DNA of 59,203 nt, counting the filler, from Diploschistes diacapsis (lineage: Eukaryota), in the NCBI GenBank assembly GCA_023645945.1. It is 5 parts of 5 records of this genome, joined end to end, with 100 filler letters (N's around TTAATTAATTAA, not from the genome) between each part and the next. Parts side by side here need not be neighbours in the genome. Positions count along the whole stretch, not along the records: positions 23,762 to 35,529 come from JALAIB010000803.1; positions 35,630 to 47,379 come from JALAIB010000804.1; 3 more parts are not named here. One strand, given 5' to 3'. The notes beneath the pieces were generated by a model. It made no database searches, was not told the DNA's origin, and saw only the letters and a program-made list of their open reading frames with translations. Shown in pieces: positions 24,238 to 36,885 of the stretch. Numbering within the stretch: position 1 is the first letter of the stretch; every line of letters begins with the position of its first letter. Both the position numbers and the translations under genes were made by a program.

Positions 24238-27200
24238 ATGGCAAGCAGAGACAAAAGCTTGTTCGTCAAGAGCAAAAGAAAACCGTGGTACTCCCGACGA
24301 TTCTCTCCACTTGGATTCCATCAGGCGCAATCCAGCACCAGAGAATCTGCTGACCAGCACACGACAGCACCAGAAGATGCTAAGTACGCAGCTTTCTTCT
24401 CAGTCTCACTGTTGGCTTTCGAAATACCAGCTATTAACGCTCCTTGACGCTCTATGACATGACTGACTTTATTCAGAACAAAGCTCGAAGACGAGTACGG
24501 GATCAAAGTGCTCTGCAGCCCGGATCGACCCCGTGCAGAGCACGCCTCCCCGGTATGCTGGTGGTATTACAGCGCTGACTAGTACAACAGCATTGTATTC
24601 GTACATGGCTTGACAGGAAGTCAACTGTCTACATGGACTGCACCCGGCGCCGCCGCTCCGTGGCCCAGCCTTTTTCTCGCAGAGGACATATCAGATGCCC
24701 GGATTTCTTTCTTTGGCTACGATGCAGACGTCGTGAAGTTACTGGGACTAGCGGGACAAAATAGGATTGGACATCACGCAAGAAACCTTCTTAGGGGAAT
24801 TGCGGATATGTGGCTGGATACTGGGATTGTAGGTTTTTTTGGAGGAGAAATTGAGCATGACTGATCTGCTTTAGGAGCTACCGCTATTTTTTGTTGCGCA
24901 CAGTTTGGGAGGTTTGGTCTGCGAAAATGTGAGATCCAGCAGCGTCCGGAACTGGCTTGAGAGATGTTAATCTTTCAGGCTCTTACTGTCGCGGATCATG
25001 CAGAGCAGTATGAAAAGCATGTCCTCGAATGCACCGAAGCCATTGCATTCCTAGGGACGCCACATCGGGGCTCTGAGTTAGCCAGTTGGGCCACAATCGC
25101 AGGCAACATGGCGAACTTAGTCAAACGTACGAACACGAATGTTCTCGAAGTGTTGCAGCCTGGCTCCGAAGTCCTGGAGAACCTAACACAGGACTTTCAC
25201 ACCATGCTGCGATCTCGCGAACAGGCCAAAGGAACAAGCATTCATATCACCTGCTTTGCCGAAGAGCTACCAGTCTCAAGGGCTGGAAAGACGTTCATGG
25301 TATGTGATAGGTCATTGCTCTTGCAGACTTCCCGCTTGACCTTTGTTAGGTTGTCCCACCCAAGTCGGCTACGTTGGAGCGGTACCCTTATGTAACGATA
25401 CACGCCGACCACGTTGGGATGACAAAATTCAAAGAAAGGAACAATGACTACAAAAGGGTTGCTCTTCAATTAAAGAGGTGGATGAAAGATTTGGTAATGA
25501 CGGGGAGGATACTCGACGAAACTACAGGGTATCGTACCACGCCGATCTGACGGGTGGAGACTTATGACCTATAGGCCGGTAACATCCGATGTAAGGGTCA
25601 ACGCTAGCGTGCTCTTAGGAGTCAACGTGCCAAAGAAAAGGGTCTCACATTTCGTTACTCGAACGGAATTAGTACAAAAGATGGATGAATGGCTGCTGGA
25701 CGAGTCTAAAGGAACAAGCGTTGTGTTGCTCGGAATGGGCGGGTCAGGCAAGACACAGCTCGCTCTGGAATGCTGTCGGAGGGCGGAGGCGGACTCGAAC
25801 TTCACTGCAGTGATCTGGATTGACGCTTCTTCGCCGACTACTGTGGCGCAGAGCTACAACACCGTCGCTTTAAAGGTAGCAGGTGGATCCGAGAATATCA
25901 TCAGCATTGAAGAAAGCACGGCAATCGTTGAAGACGCGCTGCAGGAGCAGAGAGGAAGATGGCTAGCTGTTTATGACAACTTCGACAGCCCTAGGAGCTT
26001 TGAAAAGCACGACATCCAACACTACATTCCAAAGGCCAAGAACGGAAGAGTTTTGTTTACGAGCAGGAATACAAGTTCAGAGCGGATGGGCTACGTGCTC
26101 AGAGTCTCTGGAATGAGCGAAGATGAAAGCTTGGACCTGTTACTGCAGCGACCGGTGCCAAACGCAAGGGAACGACAGCATGGGCTGGAGATAGCTGCTA
26201 TGCTGGGAAATCTTCCACTTGCGCTGGACCAAGCCGGAGCATATATACGTGCCCGCAACTTGCCATTGCAGGAATTTGGTTCGCACTACGCGAGACGAAA
26301 GAGAATGGTCCTAGAAGGAGTGCCAGACCAGTGGGAGTATCGGAGAAAGCTGGGAGAGACGGAGAAGGAAACCCTACTGAGCGTATTCATTACCTGTGAG
26401 CTGTCATTTGCACAGATTGGCGGCAGCAAAGAAGAGAGAGACAGTAAAGAGCATTTTCTATCCCTAGCGGCTTACTTCGACAACAAGTGTAGTTCCGAGC
26501 GTTATTATGAAGCTTACTGCAAGTCGTACAAAATAGGATGGATGCAGATCTTCATGACGGACGGCGAGTGGGATAGGTGCATGTTCGGCGACACAGTGGC
26601 GGAATTCAGGAAGCTCTCGCTTCTGCAGATGCCGGACCAGCAAGCTAATGAAATACAATTCTCTCTTCATCCGGTGGTCAGAGATTGGCTCAAGGTCCGA
26701 AAGGATCGAGAAGAGCAGCGGCTGTACGGTAGCGAGTTGACTGCTCTTCTTACCAGCTACATTGAGACTGTAGACTTTGAGGAGCTGGACCTGCAAATCA
26801 AACAAGAGACACTTTTGCACATTGATGCTTGTGTGCAGACTGACCGAGAGATGCTTGGCGAGCTTTGTGGATCGGGTTGGGAATATCGGAGCCATTCCGC
26901 GTCGATGTTCGCAGGGTGCTATTATGACAATGGGCAGTATGACGAGGCAGAGGAGCTGTATAAGCGAGCACTTGCAGGCATTGAGGAGAAACTAGGGCCA
27001 AAGCATTTTGATACGTTGAGGATGATGCACGACCTGGCGAACGTATATATGAAAAAGGGGCGTTCTGATGAGGCAGAGGAGCTGTATAAGCGAGCATTTG
27101 CAGGCATTGAGGAGAAACTAGGGCCAAAGCATCCCGACACGCTGACGACGCTGCAAAACCTGGCCGCATTATATAGGAAAAAGGGGCGTTATGACGAGGC

Positions 27201-27738
27201 AGAGGAGCTGTATAAGCGAGCACTTGCAGGCTATGAGGAGAAACTAGGGCCAAAGCATCCCAATACGTTGATAGCGGTGCAGTACCTGGCCATATCATAT
27301 GCGGAAAAGGGGCGTTATCACGAGGCAGAGGAGCTGTATAAGCGAGCACTTGCAGGCAGGGAAGAGAAGCTAGGGCCAAAGCATCCCGACACGCTGGCGA
27401 CGGTGCAGAACCTGGGCGTATTATATATGGAAATGGGGCGTTATGACGAGGCAGAGGAGTTATATAAGCGAGCACTTGCAGGCAGTGAGGAGAAACCAGG
27501 GCCAAAGTATTCCGACACGTTACGGACGGTGCGGAACCTGGCCAACTTATATGCGGAAAAGGGGCGTTATGACGAGGCAGAGGAGCTATATAAGCGAGCA
27601 CTTGCAGGCAATGAGGAGAAACTAGGGCCAAAGCATCCCGACACGCTATGGACGGTAATGAGGTTCATAGCCTTCCTTGAAGATCGCGAACGAGCAGACG
27701 AGGCAAATGCACTTTCAGCTAGATATTCTCTTACTTGA
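24238..27738 (+). CDS. Fungal NLR-like protein: SesB-like alpha/beta hydrolase - NB-ARC - TPR
   Basis: Spliced N-terminus with DIVFVHGLTG, FGYDA, VAHSLGG, FLGTPHRGS, IHADHVGMTKF; P-loop GMGGSGKT, Walker B LAVYDNFD, LFTSRN, GNLPLALDQAGAYI, LHPVV; 42-aa TPR repeats. Confidence 0.9.
26930..27690 (+). repeat. 126-bp tandem repeats (about 6 units) encoding near-identical TPRs
   Basis: gacgaggcagaggagctgtataagcgagcacttgcaggc recurs with 126-nt period (about 26941, 27067, 27193, 27319, 27445, 27571). Confidence 0.95.
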
Positions 27739-28835
27739 GATGCTTTGGGCTTTTCTTCGAATTGCGTTGGCGAGTCTCCAATATCGAGGCTGAGCATTAG
27801 ATCTTCTTTTAACGCTAGTCTCATTCTCTGCAATCCATCTCTTTCCCTTCCAATGAGTAAAGAAAGCGCGTCTGCATATTGAATCAAAGCCTGGACGTCT
27901 GCGCTAGACGGACCCGCGTCGAGCTTGAATGCATCAACATAATCACGAACGTTCACCGGCCTTTTTTTTCTTTTTCTTTTTCGGTTCTGGGGTACGGGTT
28001 CTGAACTGTATATGTGAGCATCTCGAGATATTGCGTCGGAGACGAGCTTTTGAAAAAGTTGAAAGGTTGATTGATAGTAATAGAGCAGCTGGCTTTTGGG
28101 ATGGAGGGGACTGTTGTGTCTGCTAGTCCATCAGAATGCCATGCACTGGGCTTTTTTAAGGGCCGTAAATGAATATGGAAGATGGAGAGGACAACGACAG
28201 CGAGCGTTGAGAGAAAGGGCGAAGAAATTAAGGTAGCTGGGCAAGGAGGGACGGATGTGCAGAAAGAGTGGGTAGTAGTATCGAGAGAAATAATGTCTCG
28301 AGTGAGAGCGATTTTGATCAGTTGGTGACGATAGAAACGCTGTTGCTGATTTATGTGCAGGTTAACGGTACTCTGAACGTAGATAGATACCTTCTTAAAG
28401 TTATAATACTGGGTTTCTTATTTTCGATGAAGGTGCCTAGGTTTGCTGGGTTTGAGTTGAAGTAAGATCATTGTGCATCTCTATGCAACTGTGATAGGTA
28501 ATATCGAGAATGTACTGCAATTGTTCGGGTGTAGCTATACATGAGCTCTTGTGTGGTCGTGATCGTTTTGAAGAAGATCCTTGAATGAAATTCAACACCT
28601 AACGTACACGGGAGGATTGTAATATTAAGATAATATCAAGATACCGCCTTAACTAAGCTGACGTTTGTTTGCTTTAGCCTCTCCTTTACTCCAATCCCAA
28701 TTTTGTTGTCCTCGTTATCCGAGCTCCTTGCGAGTACTCCAAGCCTTATGATTTTTATCATAACACCCGCAGACTGGAGTCTTTATCGTTGTTTACTTTG
28801 TGGTAGCCCGGAGATAGCTCGTCGTATAGCACGCC

Positions 28836-30587
28836 TCAGAAGAGCTCCATCTCAATGCCCGCTTGTAAGCTGCCGCCGATAGCAGTCATCAGAGTCAATG
28901 AGTAGGCGGCAACACCCGATGCTCCCTGCACGTCATGTTGCAGGATTCCCCAGCATATGAGGAAGATGATGCTGCCGAGAACAACGAGGAACAAGAAACA
29001 GAACCAGAGAAGACCGACGTGCCATCCTTCAATGAAATGTAATCCCCAACCAAGTCCCGTACCTTTGACAGGGCAGACCGTCAAAGCATTGTTTTTCTTC
29101 GGGATTCGCTTCAACAAGACTGCATCAAGTGCGTCGGCGTGGTGCGGGTGTGCAAACAGATGCATCATGAGATTTTCTCCAACTGGAGGGATGAGATCTG
29201 GAGGTTTGGGGTCGTATATATACTCCCGGTCTGCCGGCAGAGGAAGGTCATCAATTTTACGTATATCCACAAGCTTTGACCTGTACACTTCGACTTGCGC
29301 GAACTTGATTTTCCTGATGGTCTTCAACGAGATTATTTGTTTGAGGAGACTCCTTGTGGACTTATAATGAACTTTGAGTAACTCAAAGAAGGCATGGTCA
29401 CATCGAACGTCCTTGATGGGTGGCTGGGACAATCTGGACCCACGGCTACCACACGGAAACGCAAGAAGCACGTGCAACAGTTGAGATGGTGAAGTGCTCG
29501 TGCCAGGATCTGCATGGCTTACCCTTGTCGGCTCTCTCGTATGCTGAGGCAGCTGTGACTGCGCCCTGTCCACATGGCTCCCTATCATGAGACTGCCAAA
29601 GAAATCCTTTAGTGTTGCCAAAGAAGAACGGGATTTGCTCCTACTAGAACCTGTCTCAGAAAATTGCTTCAAAGAAGCTGCCATCTCCAAAAGTGCGCCA
29701 GCACTGTTCTCAACGAAATCGTCGTAGGAACTATAACCACAGTGACATTGCCATTTCATCCGGGCCTTTCCTGGTACAGTTGCAGTTTCAGGCATTATTG
29801 CCGCGATTAAGCTCAGGAACGGCGATACTAAAGCACCATAAGCGGTACCGTGAGAAAATCTACCACTGGTAAGGTCGTTCGATATGTCATAGGCTGAAGG
29901 TGGAACTTGTAAAGGTAGCTCTGCAAGCCTGGCAACAGGGGGTTCGGAGTCTGTCCGGGCGTGAACCTCTGGTAGTCGAAACCTAAGGTTTTTAATGGGA
30001 GACTCCCGCTCCTGGATTCGAAACCCCTGATTTTTAAGTCGACGTATTTCATCGCTGAGCCACATCGCCTGGCGACGGCCACTTATGACACGGCTTCCGC
30101 TTAAGTATTGCTCTATGCCTGGGATAATTTTTGGGCCTATTTGGTTATTCACACTCCCATTGCCATACTTCTCCAAGGAAGGTAGTGAGGCAGCGATGGA
30201 CATCAGTGATGTTTTTAACACATAGCTAGCGACATGCTGCCCAATCTTTGAAGTTCGTACTGGTTTTTCCCAAGACCCGTCACAATATAATCTAGTATGC
30301 CTATTGAGATCGTATCTCCACCGATATCGTTGATCGCATAACTGACATTGATATCGATCATCACGATTCTCACTTCCTTCTTCATGGCTTTTATAGAAGC
30401 CATCTGTATCGATCAAACGTACTCTATTCCGGAATGCCTCCTGTTTCGCGTCAAACAACTTTTTCATGTTTCTTCCAGCCGCTTTGCGGGAAGGCCCCAG
30501 ATGACGAGCAGTAGACCACAGAACTAACCGCAGGATTGCAGAACTGGGCGTGAAATCGTGGTCCACGGGGAACATATAGTTGAACAA
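28836..30587 (-). CDS. Hypothetical fungal protein with one C2H2-like zinc finger and C-terminal two-TM domain (start uncertain)
   Basis: 583-codon ORF; YQCQLCDQRYRWRYDLNRHTRLYC; WQCHCG..YDDF; GWGLHFIEG followed by two hydrophobic helices. Confidence 0.7.
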   Translation of the reverse strand: MFNYMFPVDHDFTPSSAILRLVLWSTARHLGPSRKAAGRNMKKLFDAKQEAFRNRVRLIDTDGFYKSHEEGSENRDDRYQCQLCDQRYRWRYDLNRHTRLYCDGSWEKPVRTSKIGQHVASYVLKTSLMSIAASLPSLEKYGNGSVNNQIGPKIIPGIEQYLSGSRVISGRRQAMWLSDEIRRLKNQGFRIQERESPIKNLRFRLPEVHARTDSEPPVARLAELPLQVPPSAYDISNDLTSGRFSHGTAYGALVSPFLSLIAAIMPETATVPGKARMKWQCHCGYSSYDDFVENSAGALLEMAASLKQFSETGSSRSKSRSSLATLKDFFGSLMIGSHVDRAQSQLPQHTREPTRVSHADPGTSTSPSQLLHVLLAFPCGSRGSRLSQPPIKDVRCDHAFFELLKVHYKSTRSLLKQIISLKTIRKIKFAQVEVYRSKLVDIRKIDDLPLPADREYIYDPKPPDLIPPVGENLMMHLFAHPHHADALDAVLLKRIPKKNNALTVCPVKGTGLGWGLHFIEGWHVGLLWFCFLFLVVLGSIIFLICWGILQHDVQGASGVAAYSLTLMTAIGGSLQAGIEMELF

Positions 30588-31018
30588 GGACAGAGCAAAA
30601 AGATATCAAATGTCGCCCCAAGGGATTTGACTGAAGCCTGGAGGATTCGCTACTTCATGCCCAGATTGAGTAACCAGGAACAAAGAGTTGAATGAAGCAG
30701 TTCTCCTCGATACTAGTATGTAAAATGCTCGCTACGCCAGCCTCGTCTCCGGTTCACTGATAGTTTCCGTAAGTAACAAGCTCTGTGGGAGCCATTTGCA
30801 GCTTTCACAGACAAGCAAACTTGGTACAAACGTCAAGAGGTCTTTGAAAGGTAGTTCCATACTCGCAAAAGGCTTAGAGAAGCATGACTGAAGCAAAGGT
30901 CCTCTCACGCCCGTGGGCCTTTTAGTCTGCCTCGTCGTGCAAGGCTAGGCAAGGCTAACCCCACCACACCCATTCGCGCAATGGAGTGAGTGTCTATGGA
31001 GTTGCATATCTGTAAGGT

Positions 31019-32026
31019 TTAACTCGTATGTGAGCGAATCTCCTCGTAAAGAGATTCTAGGATCTGAAAAAATTCTGTCACGGAAGCAATCAGGTCCTCT
31101 CTCGTACCTTCTGGACACCGCATGAATTTATCAGGATGCCACTTCTTCCTAGTGTGCTTCAACGCTTTCTCTAATTCTGCTTCGACGCTATACAGAGCTT
31201 TGACTCTGTGACGACAGGTGCCTAATCTTGGTGATGGGCTACACGGATACCTCTCATTGAGTGTAAGAGGGCAGTCCCACCGAGGGAAGGCTGGGAATTC
31301 CATCATTAGGTCCTTATTCCGTAGAGCGTCGTCTGCACGGTGTAGCCAATCCTTGCACTGTGTGTACCGAAGGGCTTCCGCTTGTCGGCGTGTCTGCTCT
31401 GCCGCCTCCTGCTCTCTTCGCCGTGCTTGTCGTTCCTCCTGCATCCGCTGCGCTTCCTTCAGTCGCCGATTCTCGTCCTCCAGCTTTCGAGCTTCTTGTT
31501 CCCTGGCTCGTTGCTCTTGTTCAGCTTTGAATTGCCGCGCCCGCTCTAGCAGCAATCTCCGATGCCTTTCTCGCCGTGTATCAAGACGACGCTGGATTTC
31601 TTCGTCTTTCCTCTTCCGCTGTTCTTCGAGAAGCCTCAAGCGACGTTTGTGCAACAGCCAACTGACAAGGCGCAGAGAGAAGTAGCCAAAGGCTAGGATC
31701 AAACATAGCACAAGCATGGGTAATAAAAACATAAGTAGCGCAGACCCAGTCCACCAAAGTGCCTTGTAGCAAGCATTTAAGATTGCGCCAATCGTCCTGG
31801 AGAAGGCCCAATATATCCCTCTCGAAATATCTCGGAGTACATGTTTTATACCAGACCCTACTTTCCTCAATAGTCGGCTGCAGAGCGAGACAGACGAATG
31901 GAAAGCACTGGAAATTGCCTTTTCAAGTGCATGGATTGCATTCCAGAATGCATTATTGACAGCCTGTGCAAAGGCCCCAAGTAAGTGCCTGAAAATCGAC
32001 TCAACACGTTCTGAGAGACTGGCCAT
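31019..32026 (-). CDS. Hypothetical membrane-anchored coiled-coil protein with C-terminal WHPDKF (J-domain-like) motif
   Basis: Hydrophobic helix, long E/R/Q-rich coil, Cys-containing segment, then KKWHPDKF. Confidence 0.6.
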   Translation of the reverse strand: MASLSERVESIFRHLLGAFAQAVNNAFWNAIHALEKAISSAFHSSVSLCSRLLRKVGSGIKHVLRDISRGIYWAFSRTIGAILNACYKALWWTGSALLMFLLPMLVLCLILAFGYFSLRLVSWLLHKRRLRLLEEQRKRKDEEIQRRLDTRRERHRRLLLERARQFKAEQEQRAREQEARKLEDENRRLKEAQRMQEERQARRREQEAAEQTRRQAEALRYTQCKDWLHRADDALRNKDLMMEFPAFPRWDCPLTLNERYPCSPSPRLGTCRHRVKALYSVEAELEKALKHTRKKWHPDKFMRCPEGTREDLIASVTEFFQILESLYEEIRSHTS

Positions 32027-32718
32027 TATGTCTTCAGGCTCAGACGAAGGCGAGCAGTACTTGCGTCTAAGGATCAAAATGCTCTTAGCGCTAACACAGC
32101 TTGCACCATCCAATTCGTAGCGCAGAATTCGTAGGTATGTGAAAAGTGTAGGAGGGAAAACCACCAGAAGACCTCAATGAGATCCCAAAGCCTAGAATAT
32201 GCAGGCGTGTCTCCTATCCGGCTATAGGGTGACCAATGTTGCCGACAAAAGCTAGAAGAGTTAACGCACAGTATTATGGCCTGGGATGGTTTAGATAAAC
32301 CAGCTTCAAGAGGAGAATGAGACAATTGTTCTATGAAAAGAACTTAGGGAGTGATGAATGTAGTCAACAAATCAGGCCTTGTTGGACAGGAAGTATCAAC
32401 CACGGGTAGACGCATCGCTTTCATGGGGATATCTTGTAGCCCAGTATCAGCATTTACTACAGCTCGCTTACAAACGTGATCGTAGTTCTCTCTTAAAAGG
32501 ACGTGGCAAAAGCATGGTTTTGTGCCTAACCAAGGGGTGTGAATGTCATACGATAGCTAATAATCCCAGAAGACCTGGTGCCCAAGCACTTGTCAAGCGT
32601 ACCGAGTGCTCGTGGAGTGTTCTAGGGCCGCATTCAAAGCCCATGTTTCAGGAGCTAGAATTGCAAACAGGGTGAAAGAAGGCTTGCTGCAGTAGCACAG
32701 GCTTATAATTTGGGAAGA

Positions 32719-34144
32719 CTATAGCTTTGCGTACAGATCGTCAAATGAATCTTGCGCTATCTGTCTGCAGTCATGTCCGTAAATCATCGTCTGCACCTCA
32801 GCATCCGCCCATTTGTCAGGGACCGAACCATTCTTCTGCTTCAAAGCAGCAAATTGTTTATCGCGCTCTTTTTTAGCAGCGCCTTCTCCGAGATGGAGTG
32901 TTTTTGACGAAACAGCAGCGAGATCGACAAGCGTGTAGGCGCGATCCTTTCGAATCTCTTCGTACACCCGAAGAGACTTGTTGATTGAGTCCGGATCCTG
33001 ACCTGGACTCCGCGACAAAACGACAGCGAGCACAGCAGCATCTTCAATCGCTTGGGCAGCGCCTTGAGCAAGATGTGGAAGGGTTGGATGGCATGCATCT
33101 CCGACAAGCGCAACGTTGCCATGGACCCAGGTAGGAAGCCTAGTATGTACACAGAGCTTCCACTCGCATACCTCTCCGGCGGGAACGAGGTTTAGCATGC
33201 GTTGCATTAACGGGCAGAAGTCGGAGAACGTGTCAAGCATGGAAATTTTGGACCCCTTAGTCGTATAGGTTGCGGATGGAGCGGCTGCGAAATTCCTATC
33301 GGGCTGTATTGACGACATGTTGTAAACATTCTTGTTCGAGACGGGATATGCAATAATATGCCGGTTCTCTCCGATCCACCTAGTGACCCTGTCTCCATCG
33401 ATGAGCTTCAACATTTCGGGATCCTTCTCCATGTCCTCTCGCTTCAACATAATGCGATAGGCCGCTTGGTTTGTGTCAATAATTCGCGCATCAATGTTGA
33501 GCTCCTGCAAAATCTGCGGCCTGATGTTACTCTTGATGCCGTCGGCGGCAAGAATGATATCGGCCTCCAACTCATAAGGCTCACCATGCCTGGGCTTTAC
33601 GATGAATGACGGCTTGGGCGTGAATGATTTGATCCCCTCCATAGTGGAGGAGAAGAAGAAGTTGATGCTTTTTTGTAGCTTGCAATGTTCGTATATGGAT
33701 CCAGCAAGATCTGATCGATGGCCGACCATGTGAGGATGATTATATCTGGTCTTAATATAGGACAGATCCACGTACGCTAATTCTTCGTCGCTTGATCCCT
33801 CTGATCTAGTCAGTAGATTAAACTATGAGACTCGCGCCTAGCACTGACGTCTGATGCTCGTCTCTACGATGTTGGTCGATTTCTTTGCGATATCACCCCA
33901 GCAACCCAGCCTGTCTAGAATTCTTGCCATATTAGGCGCAAGCTGAATGCCGGCGCCAACGAAGCCAAGATTGGAGGCGCTTTCGAAGATATCGATCTTC
34001 TCGAATCCCTCCTTTGCTAGAGATAAAGCGCATGCTAAACCACCCATCCCTAGCCGCGTTAGCTGCTTGTGAAGCCATAAAAGAGATCGTATTTATACCA
34101 GCACCAATAATGGCAATATGCAGATTCCTATTGCGGTTATCCAT
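32719..34144 (-). CDS. FAD-dependent monooxygenase (salicylate hydroxylase/FAD_binding_3 family)
   Basis: IAIIGAGMGGL (across intron), GAGIQLAPN, AADGIKS, LVGDACHPTLPHLAQGAAQAIEDA; two introns. Confidence 0.92.
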
Positions 34145-34785
34145 ACTTGTAAGACTGAAAACCTATGCAAGATAATGAAAACGCAGAAACGAGACCAGAC
34201 AGTACAGAGGAATAAGCTCAACAATGCTAGAGAGCCTCTCAATTACTTAGCTTTTGAATGATTTTGATTTTCATGGGGGCAATGTAGCAAATACGTCTAA
34301 GAGACCTTGAGAGCTTTTTCGCTAAACCTTGACAAGTACGTCGATTCGGGGATGGAGGAGCGGGAAACGTAAAGCGGTGAATTGCGAAAGAGAAAGAAGA
34401 CAAGCGACATCCAGTGCACGTGATCTTGACTTACATGTTCAGCCTTATTCAGCCTTACCGGACGTTGCATCTTCGAGGTTTCACTTTGCAGTGGCTATGG
34501 CATGCATGCGTGGCCATGGCCCATGGCGATGGCTGTCCACGAGGGCTCTGCCTGGATTTCGTTCGCGCTTCACGATGCCTTTTCTTGAGTCATCCACCCT
34601 TTAACTCTTCGTTGTTAATCCTTGAACAGCATGGTGCCATTGATGCCGGGCTGTATCCACTCATTTCTTGTTCGGCTCCTGCAGTGGCCTATTCAGCTAT
34701 CAACTAGCGAGACCTTCAACCCCGTTGGTATTGAGCAGATGTCACCGATATTTTAAATTCGCTTTGCCAAGTATACCAGTACTGC

Positions 34786-35529
34786 GTGCTTCTTCGCAGC
34801 TGTTCTCGCCTACAACCCATAATGCTAGCACGCCCTGAAAGATACGTTCCTCCCAGGGGGGCTCTCGCCATACCGCACCTCCGCACAATTCCCGATATCC
34901 TGTTCCGCAGCACCATCATACATGTCTGCACCTATGTCGCCTACTTGCACCTCATTCAGATTCTCGCTCGGCAGAAATGCCCGTGTCAATATCCGCCGGC
35001 CATCCGGTACCTCATGCCACTCTTTGCCATTTTAATACCAGAACTCGTCCCTATACAACTATGTTCATGGTTCGTTCAATGCATCATCTCAAAGCGCAGG
35101 GTGCGCCGGACGCCATACCCACATAACTCTACCGAGAAAACGAAGCTACAAACAGCAAACTCAAAATCAACCCCCAGAAGATGGGCCGCAAAACACCTCG
35201 CCCTAACCGCCCTGAATTTGCTCCCCATCAGCGCCGCCCTCCGCGGCTACCGTGAGCGCATCGCTATGCGCTATCACGAAGCCACCTTCGTCGGCGCGCT
35301 AAACATCGACCACCGCAACGGCTGGGCCTCCATCGCCGGCCTGATCGCCGGCCTCTCCACCATCCTTGTCCTCGCCTACCTCCACGCCACCCACCATCTC
35401 TCCAGCACCCAGCAACACCACGACCAAGCCACCACCTCCCTCTCCAACGCCGAAGCAGGACAGCACCACAATCACAACCACAACCCCTCAGAGTCAAAGG
35501 CGCCCCCAACCCCCCACGCCGCCCACAGC
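34786..35529 (+). CDS. Possible hypothetical membrane protein, truncated by gap
   Basis: Open frame of about 250 codons with several hydrophobic stretches and GC-rich 3' part; no recognisable motif. Confidence 0.35.
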
Positions 35530-35629
35530 NNNNNNNNNNNNNNNNNNNNNNNNNNNNNNNNNNNNNNNNNNNNTTAATTAATTAANNNNNNNNNNNNNNN
35601 NNNNNNNNNNNNNNNNNNNNNNNNNNNNN
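35530..35629. other. Assembly linker
   Basis: N44-TTAATTAATTAA-N44. Confidence 0.98.
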
Positions 35630-36310
35630 CCCCCTGCCTGCCCGCCCGGCGCGGGTTCGATCCTTAACCGGTCAAGCATGACCAAAGCACGGGAACCAAA
35701 ACCCGAACCCTTCCGGTTCCTTCCTCGCTGTCAGAACCAAATTCTTTGGAATGCCTGCACTATTCCCCCGGTGACCAATGCTCTGACGGGGTATATCAAA
35801 AAGAAGCTCGCTCGTCAGGGAGCGGGCAAAGCCGGTCTGCGGGGACTTCAGCTCAATTCAATGCGTATCCCATCAAAATCCGAATGCCCAAGAATTCCAT
35901 AGCCCAAGGTTAAATTTACCCATATTTATCTCCGAATCATGTCCCATGCCTCCATGTGTCCGTGGTATCTTCATCAAAGAAAGAGGAGAATAGGAAAAGC
36001 GCAACAGAGAATCACGCGGTGCAAGACCAGAGGAACCGAGAAAAAAGCAATGCGGTATGGGGGGAGAAAGTTGTTTGTGCCTTCGAATATATACTAGAAG
36101 CTTAGTTCGCGGGAAATCCAAGGTAGATCGCGACCAGGATGGTCCGCGGCTCCGCGTTGGGTGGTTGTAGAGAAGGTGCTCGGATTCGTTGGATGTGTAG
36201 CTTGGTGCGGGCAATTTTTGCAGGTTATCGACAGTAATCTGTGCGCCCAGTCCGGCGGCGGGGGCTCTTCTTGTGCGTGCTGTAGCAACGCCGCTGCTTG
36301 TCCGGTCCCC

Positions 36311-36841
36311 CTAATATCCCGCCCAGGGTTGACCGTGTCCGCTCTGTGGCGGCGGAGCCCAGCTCTGTACCCCTGCATTGCCGCCAGCCGTTGAATGCTG
36401 CATGTAAGCATGGGGACTCGAGCTTTGCTGCGGTCGATACATCCCTCCCGGAGTGCCGTAGCCCCCCTGTGCCATGTTCGGCATCGACGGATAGCCCATT
36501 CCGCTGTGCATCGAACCGCTCGACTGAGCGTGTTGCAGTTGAGGCTGGGGCTGGCTGTGCTGGTGGGGAGACTGGGAAGGGTGCGGTGAACCGTGGGAGG
36601 TCTGGGTGGGTTGGTATTGCGGTAGGCCATGGTGGGTAGAGAGCGGGGATTGATGTGGTTGCGGTGGCGGCTGGCCCCACATTTGAGACGACTGAGGGTA
36701 TCCGTACGCGGAAGGTTGAGGTATGCCCGTGGAGCCATAGGTGAGGCTGGACGAATGGTGCGGCATCTGCTCGGGTCTGATTTGGGACTGCATGTTGCGC
36801 ACGGGAGACTGCGACGAGGCATGATGCTGTGTCGAGGCGGG

Positions 36842-36885
<44 letters not shown>

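Noticed and set aside
26798..27631. 277-aa repetitive minus-strand ORF
   Set aside because: Antisense of the 126-bp TPR array.
32719..34144. FAD monooxygenase as a member of the A-T-R cluster
   Set aside because: It lies on a different, probably unlinked contig.
35645..35670. GGTTCGATCC B-box-like motif at a contig start
   Set aside because: No A-box or cloverleaf visible; too little sequence.
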